This document shows, in pieces, positions 1 to 10,400 of a DNA stretch of 41,269 nt. Location of the stretch: assembly GCA_002256025.1 (NCBI GenBank), contig NKIB01014709.1, positions 1 to 41,269 of the forward strand, given 5' to 3'. The notes below the pieces were generated by a model. That model was not told the DNA's origin. It did not search any database and saw nothing but the letters and a program-made list of their open reading frames with translations. The position numbers and the translations under genes are program-made. The DNA is from Asterionella formosa (lineage: Eukaryota). The number at the start of each line of letters is the position of its first letter. Positions within the stretch are counted from its first letter, which is position 1.

Positions 1-1
1 A

Positions 2-376
2 GGGATATGGAGTGAGCCGGGCAAGTTCGGCTTGAAGATGGGCCACCCCCGAGCTGTGGGAGTGGGAGGAAGGGCCGGAAAGGGCAGACCAGGCAGAGGC
101 ATGGTCAGAAAGGTGTAGATAGGATGCTGGGGAAGCCGAAGGCAGAGCCCGGGGTGAAATATGGGGTGGTGGGTAGGGACTCATAGAATACGGGGCTGAA
201 TAGCGAAGAGGAGGTGCAGACGTGCGGGGGTCCATAGCGAACTCGGATGATGAGGGCGGGACAAAATGCGGAAGTTGAGCATTAGTGGAGAACTGGTGAT
301 GGCAGGTAGGGTTAGGGTTCTGGTTAGGGTTCTGGTTAGGGCGAAATGCTTGAATTAAAGAGACAGATGCCCGCAT
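2..376 (-). CDS. Partial Pro/Ser-rich ORF running off the left edge; possibly the N-terminus of a retroelement gag-like protein
   Basis: Open frame from ATG at 376 (MRASVSLIQAFRPNQNPNQNPNPT...MDPRTSAPPLRY...AHLQAELARLTPYP) with no stop before position 1. GC-rich relative to the flank. No recognisable domain. Confidence 0.35.
   Translation of the reverse strand, partial: MRASVSLIQAFRPNQNPNQNPNPTCHHQFSTNAQLPHFVPPSSSEFAMDPRTSAPPLRYSAPYSMSPYPPPHISPRALPSASPASYLHLSDHASAWSALSGPSSHSHSSGVAHLQAELARLTPYP
310..341. repeat. 12-bp tandem repeat GGTTAGGGTTCT x2.7
   Basis: ggttagggttct ggttagggttct ggttaggg; encodes PNQN repeats on the minus strand. Confidence 0.8.
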
Positions 377-439
377 AGAAAAATCTTTCTGTTAAGATGA
401 CCGTTCTCAATTCACATTTGAACAATACTGTTCTATTCA

Positions 440-1040
440 CATTACATCCAACATTGAGATGGAAGAATTAAATGTGGGAGGAGACGGCTTCATTCATTTT
501 AGAAAATTCCTAGATGGCATCAAACACCCAAACATGCAGGGCCTAAAGTTTCTTATCATGGACAATGACAAGAAAGAAGCAGATCTACAATCTGCAGTTA
601 TTAAAATGAAGGATTTGTGGAATCAATCAAAACCTGCAGCATAAAAGGCACACCAATAGAAGCCAAGATGAGCGAACTATTGGTAATACAAACATATGCA
701 ACCACTGTGGCAGAGGGCGGGAATGGGTCAGCAGAGGCCGTCACAACAACAGGGGAGGGAGATACCAACACAATCATGCTGGCAGGGGACACGGTCGCTA
801 TGCCAGGACGACAGGCTGACAAGGCTGCGGTCGAGAACAAAATTCCGACTATATCCCACAAGAGGTTCTGAATTCCCTGACTCCCCGCCCAACAATGGCG
901 GTACATGTTACAGGGTTGAGAAGCATTATGTCAAGCTGAAACCACAACTTCGCCAGGACACCAAAATGAGCGAACGGTGGGGGCGGGCACCACCAATACA
1001 GAAACGGCATCCATGGTTAGTGGTACTTCTCAGAACACAC
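440..1040 (+). pseudogene. Degraded gag fragment of a diatom Copia-type LTR retrotransposon
   Basis: RKFLDGIK segment, then an Arg/Gly-rich tract (GRGR...RGRHNNRGGRY...GRGHGR) and DYIPQEVLNSLTP, broken by stops and frameshifts. Truncated at the TIR element starting at 1043. Confidence 0.5.
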
Positions 1041-1042
1041 TA

Positions 1043-2958
1043 CCAGTTATAAATGGCTTTGAGCCACGTTATTATATCGTTTTCCGACTAATTCTAGAAT
1101 TATGCTAAAATCGATCCCCTCTTTTGCCCTTTGGCACGAAATTAGATAGTTCATTAAGCTACATGTGAATTGAATCAGATTTTTACTTGAACGCATATTT
1201 ACTGAGATCCATCCGTTTTAAAAGTGACAAAAACGGCCAAAGTGGCTCAAAGCCATTGATTACAATTTTAACATACATGTAGATACTTTTATAGGCGACG
1301 GTTGGAAATTATTACATCGCTTGCATTTTTTTCGCAGCCAGTAGCTGCATCTTTTCTCTACTGGTGGTGTCGTTCCAATTTTATCTTGTTGGTTCCATCA
1401 AAGACTCGTTGCATTTTTTTGCAGTAGTACTAGTCATAGTCATTGCATCGTTCTTCGACTGGTTGGTGGTCCTCCCATCATATCTTGTCATGTAATCATA
1501 GAAGTGACCAAAAGGTGAGAAAGTGGTGCTGTCACAGTTGCAACTGGTACTGCAGCGTTGCCATGCATCATGATGGTGCCATGGTATCTGGAAAGGAGAA
1601 GTTTCTTTGTCATTGTTAATGGAAGTTCGTCTGCTCGCTTGTACCACAATGCCATTGTTTTCGTTTGCGCCACTGTCCACTTTGCTGACTGTTTGGTTAG
1701 TGTTCTGATTGCATAAACCTCGTTTGCAAGTGCTGCGTGTGCACCTATTTTCCTATTCTCTTGCTCACTCTGTACTTCTTCCGCATGCCTCTTCCTTTTC
1801 AGCTAGTCATCGACCACTTCAGGATCCAGCAAGGAAGAACTGCCCACACCAAATGAATACCGGCTGTGTATCGTTTCTTCCTTGTAATTGCCCTTAGTGC
1901 TGATTCTTTTCCTTGGCTGGCAAGTTTTTCCAGATTTATTCCATTTCTAGAATCCCCATGATTGCGATACTGTACAACCTAATCAACTAGGGTTTGAGTG
2001 ATACCTTGGCACAAGTTTAGTCCAGATGGGGGAATGAAAGAGACTGGTTGATTATTGTTTGCTTCTCCTTGCAGATTCAATACTTGTCAGTTGAATTTCC
2101 GCATGGAGCTGCAAGTTTTAGTTCAATGAACCCAACCTTATTCAGCAATAGCTGTTTGGTTTGTAGCGAAATGGGCAAAGGACTCATCCCAAGCCTCTGA
2201 AACCAGATCAGCAAACTCATCCTTTTCGACAGCAAATGCATCTTTCCTTTTGATTGAGTAAATCTCTATTGCATTTTGTGAGTTGGGGTGAATTTTTAGT
2301 CAGGTTTGAAATTGATGAGGTATGTCCTGCCAATGACTATGAATCATTTAGTGTCATAGTAGCAGGTAATTGTACTAGTGAATTATTTGCCTTTCCTGCC
2401 TGATTTAGCTTGTACAAATGGTACTGGAATATTGGTTTTGTTAGCCAAGCCAGTGTAGCCGCCTTTGATGCAACAAAATTTGATATTGCACCATATAGTA
2501 CTAGTTTGCCATTGTTATTTGCCTTTCAAGTTTCTAATTCCATAATTATATTTTCTTAAATAAGTGACACTACAATCTTATCCAAATAAGCAGATATCAC
2601 CTTGTACTTTCTGGGTGGTTGATGTATTTCACTTGCTGTTGGTTTTATTATCATTGTTGATGAGATGACTGCGATTTGCTTCATTTTTTGTTGTCGGAAG
2701 CAATTTCTGCCGTGAATCATGGTCTCTGACATGAAAATATGGCTCAATTTTTTGGCCTTCAATAAATATTGCATTCATTTACAAAGAGTGAATAATTGAT
2801 TCATTTATTGCCATAGTACATTGTCCATGGTGGTTCAACTCAACTAAATATATGATAGATATTCAGTTTTCTACATCTAATCTATGTATACATTGTGAAT
2901 AATATATCGTTAAGTGACTCAAAGCCATTCGAAGTGGCTCAAACCCATTTTTAACTGG
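1043..2958 (-). mobile_element. Decayed pogo-like (Tc1/mariner superfamily) DNA transposon
   Basis: TIRs CCAGTTATAAATGGCTTTGAGCCAC (1043) and GTGGCTCAAACCCATTTTTAACTGG (ends 2958). Flanked by TA on the left and TG on the right (probably a mutated TA). Extra copies of the TIR core near 1241-1257 and 2914-2929. Confidence 0.75.
1400..2774 (-). pseudogene. Transposase remnant (pogo/DDE_1-like C-terminal region)
   Basis: The minus strand at ~2095-2220 reads approximately LVSEAWDESFAHFATNQTAIAE*GW.LN*NLQLHAEIQ, resembling the post-catalytic segment of pogo-like transposases as I recall it. Many stops; boundaries approximate. Confidence 0.5.
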
Positions 2959-2970
2959 TGCTGCCTGGTA

Positions 2971-3713
2971 CCAGTCAAAAACTGCTTAAGACCACTATAA
3001 CGGGGTAATCTTACATTTTGTACTACAAACTTTTTCAATTTTAGCAATACGACAATATTTACTATGAACAAGTCATTTGTTTTACGCATCTACATATAGG
3101 ATGTCTTAACGCCCGATCGATGTTGTGTTCCAGTTGGTGAGAAAAACGACTTCGAAAATGTTGAGTGGACAGTGGCGCAAACAAAAACAATCGTGTTGTG
3201 GTACATACAAATTGGCGATGCACCATACCTTACCTGCAACAAAACAACTACTGCTTACTGATACAATGAGAGGTGGCGATGCATCAGTCCCAGTTAGCAT
3301 AGCAATACTGCCACCATCGGCCTCAGCTGAAGAGGATGATGAGGATGAAGTTGTGATTATGGAAGAGTGATATATGTGTTGTTTGCACAATAAATCGATG
3401 TCAGTTGACACAAGAAATTGGAGAAAGTATGGAAAACGAGGTAATATTTTCTAACCGTTTACCATTAAAAATATATATATACATGAAGAAAAATATATGA
3501 ATGGCTTAAGACCACTAAAATGCAAAATGAACGACTTAAAAAGTTTGATATTGCAAGATAAATCCTTCCAATTGTGAAAATGATTCATTTATCTAGTACT
3601 TGCATGCATTAGTTGACCTCTTTTCAAAGGGTTTTAAATGGGGTCGGCTGAACATTTTTCTAATTTTAGTCCAAAAATGGGGTAATATAGTGGTCTAAGC
3701 AGTTTTTGACTGG
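2971..3713. mobile_element. Non-autonomous pogo/Tc1-mariner-type element (MITE-like, 743 bp)
   Basis: TIRs CCAGTCAAAAACTGCTTAAGACCACTATA and TATAGTGGTCTAAGCAGTTTTTGACTGG. TA target duplication at 2969-2970 and 3714-3715. Internal copy of the TIR core near 3505. Confidence 0.85.
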
Positions 3714-3864
3714 TACCGGCACACTCGTGATGGGCTTGTCAAATACCGGTGTATAGTATCAACCTGGTTTCATATGTAGCCGTGCATAGAAATGGCTGGT
3801 GCATGTTACTCCGACTATAACCCTAACCCCATATCCATCTGTATCGATACACAGGATCGCTCAC

Positions 3865-4024
3865 CAGGTATGGTACCAGGTACCTGGTACCAATATCTTA
3901 GCTTCAACATGTAGTGGTACCCGGTAGTCTACCAGGTACCAGGTACCAGGAATACCAATATTTTTTAGCTGTAACATAGACTCAAGACCGTATATTGTAC
4001 CAGGTACGAGGTACCTCGTACCAT
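3865..4024. repeat. Cluster of GGTACC / CCAGGTA palindromic micro-repeats
   Basis: ggtaccaggtacctggtacc, taccaggtaccaggtaccagg and gtaccaggtacgaggtacctcgtacc lie within 160 bp. Confidence 0.7.
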
Positions 4025-4067
4025 GTTTACACACATGAACTCATTCCATAAGCGGCCTCGGATCGAA

Positions 4068-4312
4068 CCGTTCTCCTTGCTACCTATTGTACATAGAGCT
4101 ATTTAATTAATACAAAGGAACTTCTATATGATTGGTCGCTTATGGTTCGCTTCGCAAATAAATGTTTCATACCGTATATAGAGGAATGGTACCATTACCC
4201 TTTACCATGTTGCTGATTGACCCATTCTCCATGCTACATATTATACATAGATCTACTTAATTAATACAAGGGAACTTCTATGTGATTGGTCGCTTATGGT
4301 TCGCTTCGCAAA
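4068..4312 (+). promoter_or_regulatory. Duplicated ~90-bp upstream block (period 154 bp) 5' of the micro-exon gene; putative promoter
   Basis: 4068-4158 and 4222-4312 share TTAATTAATACAA.GGAACTTCTAT.TGATTGGTCGCTTATGGTTCGCTTCGCAAA, including ATTGG (inverted CCAAT). The second copy ends ~120 bp upstream of the ATG at 4434. Promoter function is inferred. Confidence 0.5.
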
Positions 4313-4433
4313 CTACTTAATGTTTAACAGTAGAAAATTTTCTCGCGAAAAACAATAAAAGGAAGAAACAAAAGTTCATAAAACTAAACATATAAACATA
4401 GAAAATCTATATACGCATTTCTCACTCACCAAC

Positions 4434-6790
4434 ATGAAAGCCATTCGTTCCCTTTTCTTGCTTGCTGTGGTCATCCAATCGACTTTGGCATACTCCACCA
4501 TGAACTCAGAGGTACGTTGAAAACATCTGCATTGAATTAACTGTGATAGTGAGTGAGAAGTGCAAGGAGAATCAAACTGGTCCTTTTTGTTTCTGTGAAA
4601 TAAAATTCTTATTTTCTTTTTGATTCTGTCTTGCTTCTCCTTCATCTTAACACTGGCAGGAAACCAGATTCCTGAAAGTCTCAAAGGTAAGTTTTACTTG
4701 CTACAGGTTGTAGAACTCAATCAACTACAACGCCACACAAACAAGAAAAATGGTAACTTACTTATATCATCAACTAATGTTTGCAAATTGATTACTGCAC
4801 TATAGGCTCCCAAGGTATGTGTTTTAGAATAAAAATACCTTGTTTTTGTGATTCGATTCTCGCAAGCTCCTCAAGAAAATGGTAGCTACATGCACTTCTG
4901 TGTTGTAAATTGAGTCTATTGTTGAGACTTATCATGTTGATTCTTTGCCAACAGGATTCAAAGGCAACAAAGGCCCCCAAGGCTACCAAGGTATGTAGCT
5001 ACTTGAAGTGTGGTTAAATCACCTTTCTTGTTGTGTGTGCAGCAATATTAATACAAAAACAATGGAAAATACATTGTGTGCTTCATTTGAAAGCTTGTAA
5101 GCTTGTGAAGTAACAATAAACTGGTAGTGGCATGTGTTTCTGTTATGTCAATTGATTCTGTTCTGACTAACCTTTTTCTGGTTCCAATGTATTTGCTACT
5201 TTCTCTTGACAGAAGCCTAAAGGCACTAGAGAACTCAACAGCAGTGTATGTATTTACTAAACCGTGTTAACATGTTCTGTGGAATAATTCAAACTTTTGA
5301 GTTTGCAAACAGGTACACTGCATGCTATTGTCTTACATCAACTAACATTTGTAATTTGATTCTTTGGCTACAGAGTGGTTCCATGGTATGTATTTGCAGT
5401 AGTAAAGCACCTTGCTTCACATGTTTGAAGCATTTAAGAAAGAACATGGAGTTTGTTGCTTGAAAAAACGGGAACTCGTAACTACATTCACTACAACTGC
5501 AATGTGTTTTGATTTTGTTGTGACTAACATTAATCATGTTGATTCATTCCCATTAGGCTACAAGGACTCTCAAGGCTCCCACGGTATGTACTTGAAGTGT
5601 TGAAGCACTTTCTTATTTGTTGTGTGTTCGCAGCATTATGAAAACAAATCATGGAGTGTGATACTTGCAAGAACATCAAGCAGACTGGTAGCTAGAAGTT
5701 TCTGTAATCAAGTTTATTGATCATGTGGTGACTTACATTAATCATGTTGATTCCTTCCCATCAGGCTACAAAGGCTCCCAAGGCTCCAAAGGTATGTACT
5801 TAAAGTGGTGAAGCACTTCTTACTTGTTGTGTGTTTGCAGCATTATAAAAACAAATCATCGAGTTTGATACTTGCAAGCACATCAAGCAGACTGGTAGCT
5901 AGGTCCTGTAGTAATCACGATGTTTATTGATTATGTGGTGACTAACATTAATCATGTTGATTCATTCACATCAGGTTACAAAGATTCCCAAGGCTCCAAC
6001 GAGGGTATGTACTTGAAGTGGTGAAGCATTTTCTTACTTGTTGTGTGTTTCTGGAATTATAAAAACAAACCAAGGAATGTGATACTTGCAAGCACATCAA
6101 GCAGAGGACTGGTAGCTAGGTCCTGTAATTATGTTTTTTGATTATGTGGTGGCTAACATTAATCACATTCATTCATTTTCATCAGGCTACAAAGGCTCCC
6201 AAGGTTCCAACGAGGGTATGTACTTGAAGTGGTGAAGCACTTTCCTACTTCTTGTTGTGTGTTTCTGGTATTATAAAAACAAACCAAGGAATGTGATACT
6301 TGCAAGCACATCAAGCAGACTGGTAGCTAGGTCCTGTAATTATGTTTTTTGATCATGTGGTGACTAACATTAATCATGTTGATTCATTCCCATCAGGCTA
6401 CAAAGGCTCCCAAGGCTCAACAGGTATGTACTTGAAGTGTTGAAGCACTTTCTTACTTGTTGTGTGTTTGCAGAATTGTAAAAGCAAATCGTGGAGAGTA
6501 TTGTTCTCAGGCTTGCCAAGCAAACTGTTGGCATGTGCTGTACTAGCTAGCTACTATGGTTTTTTATTCTTTTGTGACTAACATTAATCATCTTGATTTT
6601 TTAGCCTACCATGGTAGGTGCTTGTAGCGGCGGAGCACCATGATTGATTTGGTTCAGCATCATGAAAATAAATTATGGCGAACTGTCTTTGGTCCCAAGC
6701 TAATCAAAACTGACTACCGGTATGCAAGACTATGATTCCTACTTTGTGTGACTAACATCTCCTATTTCGCTTCTTCTTCATTAGCTCTAA
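4434..6790 (+). CDS. Micro-exon gene encoding a ~116-aa secreted silaffin-like (RXL/KXXK) Lys-Ala-Pro-Thr-rich protein
   Basis: Exons 4434-4511, 4660-4686, 4806-4814, 4955-4990, 5213-5245, 5374-5385, 5557-5583, 5765-5791, 5975-6004, 6186-6215, 6397-6423, 6605-6613, 6785-6790. All have GTA(T/A/C/G)GT donors and YAG acceptors; most introns have a CTAAC-like branch point. Spliced product: MKAIRSLFLLAVVIQSTLAYSTMNSE|ETRFLKVSK|APK|DSKATKAPKATK|KPKGTRELNSS|SGSM|ATRTLKAPT|ATKAPKAPK|VTKIPKAPTR|ATKAPKVPTR|ATKAPKAQQ|PTM|L*. Confidence 0.85.
5505..6604 (+). repeat. Tandem repeat of a ~210-bp intron+micro-exon unit (about 5 copies)
   Basis: The unit GTGACTAACATTAATCATGTTGATTCATTCCCATCAG-[27/30-nt exon]-GTATGTACTTGAAGTG... 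recurs with exon starts at 5557, 5765, 5975, 6186 and 6397 (spacing 208-211). Confidence 0.9.
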
Positions 6791-7204
6791 AGCATCAGAC
6801 ATTGCAGGAACTTGGGTTATGCAAATTAAAAAATCGCCCTCTTTCAAGTAAGCTCCATCACTTTCCAAAAAGTGCTTTGTAGCAATATCAATCGAACCAA
6901 ATGGTTGATGTTGTTTGGTTCTAAAAGTGGTAGTACTTTAGCCACATAAAGATCTATAGCACTTTCTGCACGCTGCCAAACTGTCGATTATTTAGTTTGT
7001 AAGAAGTAGAATAGCTGACAAGCTTGGGGATAAAAAGGTTGGTTGTCCCATGACAATTCTCGAAACATAATAATAGCAGTGGTCATAATCCATATTGATT
7101 ACAGTTTTCTTGATGGGTAAGAAAGAAAGCATCAAATCCAATTATCATGATACTTTCTTCTCTTCGCCGAGATTCATTGGCCTATATATATATAATGTAG
7201 TGAG

Positions 7205-7449
7205 TGCTAGGAAATATGGACGTACAAGATACAGACAGTGAGTGGGTCAAAGTACAAGGAAAGAAAAAGAAAGAAGCCACGTCAACAGTGAAGGTTACGT
7301 GGACAGATGAGTAGGTATATATACATAATAGTTAACATGAGTTCTGCTCATTCTTTACTAATTATCGGGTTTACATCAAGAAAGCCTCCCTCTGTCCATT
7401 GTTGCCTTACAGACACAATAGAATACAGTCCGAACATGTGGATTAAACA
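7205..7449 (+). repeat. 5' LTR of the Copia element
   Basis: TGCTAGGAAATATGG...GTGGATTAAACA; matches 20115-20237 plus 26280-26413. Confidence 0.92.
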
Positions 7450-7476
7450 TAATCAGTAAAGAAAAAGGCGAATAAA

Positions 7477-10400
7477 ATGGGAGGCGGCAATACAGCAGCC
7501 AATGATGGTGGCAGCGGTGATGCTACACCAAAAGACAAGAAGGAAAGTGTTGCTGGCAAGAAGCAGCCGATGATGGTGGTGGCAGTGATGCCACACCAAA
7601 AGACAAGAAGGAAAGTGTTGGTGGCAAGAAGCTACCATATTGATACAGAAACCAGAAGACTGCTGTTCCACAGCAGCCCAAGTTTGAAGGGAAATGCGAT
7701 GAGCTGAAAGGTCATGTCTATGATATCTCAGATGCAAGACAGGCAGACTTGTTTGTGATGACAACAAAGGAGGTGGCTGAGTTTGTGGGGCAGACCTACA
7801 AGTATGGCGGCGACATATGATTGGCAATAGAAAACATTCAGGTGCCCAACATTGCTGAGCCATATGACCCACCAGCAGGCGCATCCAGGACTCGAAAGAA
7901 TACATTTTTTGCATTACAGTGTCCAAAAATGCATAAACCGTCAGTCAGGGGAGTTCGTGATAATTTCAACGATTCGAAGTTTTTATTCGCGTAAAGAACA
8001 AGCAGTCTTTTGTTGAATGGCTGAAAGCATTTCTATAGTAAACTGTTAAATGACCTTATCAAGATTCCGTAGAAATATGGACCACGATAATTAGTGCTTA
8101 CATAAAACTCAATACAAAATTGACGTAGAGGTATTTCTTGCATCTTGAAATGTTGTACCCTCTCCGAGAATACTGTCGCTCAAGTTTTCTCCTCTATTTC
8201 TACAAAACATAGAAAACCTTATCTAGTCAAAGTTATCAAGCTAATCACCGCGGACTCAACACTGTCTCGTTTTGCGTCATATCTTCAAAACTGAGCAAAT
8301 GACGACCAGAAACAACTTCCAGCGCCGATTTCAACTTTTTGTTGTCAATACTAGTGCAAAAAAATTTGATTATTGAACGATAATCTCTTCTATGCTAGTC
8401 TATATACACGAGCGAAATAGGAATTGTTCATTGTCAATATTCGTGAAGATATTCAACTCCATAATTTCGTCATGGTCAAGATGGAGTTGCTGTCTCACTC
8501 ATCAACCCCATGATACCACAGGCAGCTTTACAAACACACATGCAAGTACTGGTAGTACATAACCAGTAGTATGTATGCCAAGCATATATAATAGTATATA
8601 ATGCTATATATACGGAATGCACAAAGTATAAACAAGGTCTGTTGCATGTATGATGTGTTCCATGTCGAAAACATAAGTACATCTGATACATTCTGCATCC
8701 GATTTCTTGACAAAATGTACAGTAGTGCAAATTTATTTTTATTTTTCGATTTTCAATATACTTACAAGTAAAAAGAATCATTGAACACTTAGTTAGGAAA
8801 ATTTATTATCATTGATAAAAATTATCATAATCCCGAGTTCCCCCGGCAAACTCATTATGCATTTTCGGACACATTTATGCAAAAAGTGTAATGGACCTCC
8901 AGGACTCAGGAGCGCATTTGGGAAAAGCAGGTAGATGAATATGTTAAGCGAACAACCTACTTAATCGAGAATATTAAGACCCTATATGATTCACTAGTCT
9001 GGGGCCAAGGCCTTGCAAAATTTTGATGAGATGTCGACCAATGGTGATGGTCTTGCATTGCTCAAAGCAATCAAAAACACTGCTTTCAACTTTCATAGTC
9101 AAAAGTACCTTCCGCATTCACTTTATGAATCGACTTGGCATTTCTACATGACAATACAAGGAAAGTATATGACAACCCAGGCTTCTCTTGAACAGTTCCA
9201 AAACATGATAGATGACATTGGGCATACAGGAGGAATGGTGGGTCATCAACCAGGAATCGAAAGAGCCATAATGACAGAGAGGAGCATTGATCCAACAAAC
9301 ACCACAACAGCCGTGTAACAAATGGAAATTGAGAAGGAGGCCCAAAACCGCTATTTGGCTGTTACCTTCATGCTTGGTTCAGATAGGGATAGGTTTGGTT
9401 GCCTGATCGAGAACTTGGAGAATGACTTGTATCTCCAAGGCCAAAATAATTACCCAACATTCATCACTGCAGCCTATAATCTGCTTACTAATTGGAAACA
9501 AGACCCCTGCAACCTCATATGTACAAGTGGACCGGTCAAAGATGGAGCTTCGTTCACCAATGTAGACGGTGAACATGGAGAACAAGATATTCCACTCGAA
9601 AACAGTGGACTCACTAAATCTGGACGAAATAAATTGGCACACATCACATGCCACAAATGTGGCAAACAGGGACATTTTGCTGACAAATGCGAAGAGGAGT
9701 GTCAAACTGGTTCCATGCTTTTGACGGCAGGTATAGAGAATGGAGAGTTCAATCATGAGGAGCACTTCCAATTCCTGCAGCACACCAAAGAAGTATCATT
9801 GAAGCTAGATGAGAGCGGAAAAATCCCAAAGAGCTCGATCTTGTTAGACAATCAGTCTACTGTTGATGTCTTCTATAATGCAAATCTACTCAGGAATATC
9901 AGAAAAGGTGAAAAACACATGGATATTCACTGCAATGCAGGTTTTACAAGCACTAACTTGGTTGGTGACTTGCCAGGATATGGGACAGTGTGGTACCATC
10001 CAAATGGGATTGCCAACATCTTGTTCTTGCTTGGCAAAAATGCAGAAACTTGGGTACCAAATTAAATATGATAGCAAGGATGGAAATGAGTTCATCATTT
10101 ACAGAGCAGAAGGAACCATGAGAGTGTTTAAAAGTGTTTAAAAAATCAGATCGTGGTCTATACTTAATGGACAGCAAGATGGCCAGCACTACTACAGAGG
10201 TCACACTGGTTAATACGGTAGATGATAACCATTCTAACTACACCAACCGTGACTACTCTCATGCAGTATGGGCTCGTCAATTACAAAAGATAATAAGAAG
10301 GCCAAGTACTTGTACATTTACTAAAATTGAGGAAAACAATTTACTACCAAAGTGCCCAGTGATGCAAAGGGACATCCCAATGGCAGAGGATATGGTCCTG

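Noticed and set aside
310..341. TTAGGG motifs suggesting a telomere
   Set aside because: Only three interrupted copies within a 12-bp unit inside an open frame; not a telomeric array.
4376..5603. Short ORFs in the track overlapping the micro-exon gene
   Set aside because: They run through intron sequence or the antisense strand and have no recognisable protein features.
5505..6604. Regularly spaced repeat resembling a CRISPR array
   Set aside because: The whole ~210-bp unit is repeated with no unique spacers, there are no cas genes, and the units are explained by splice signals.
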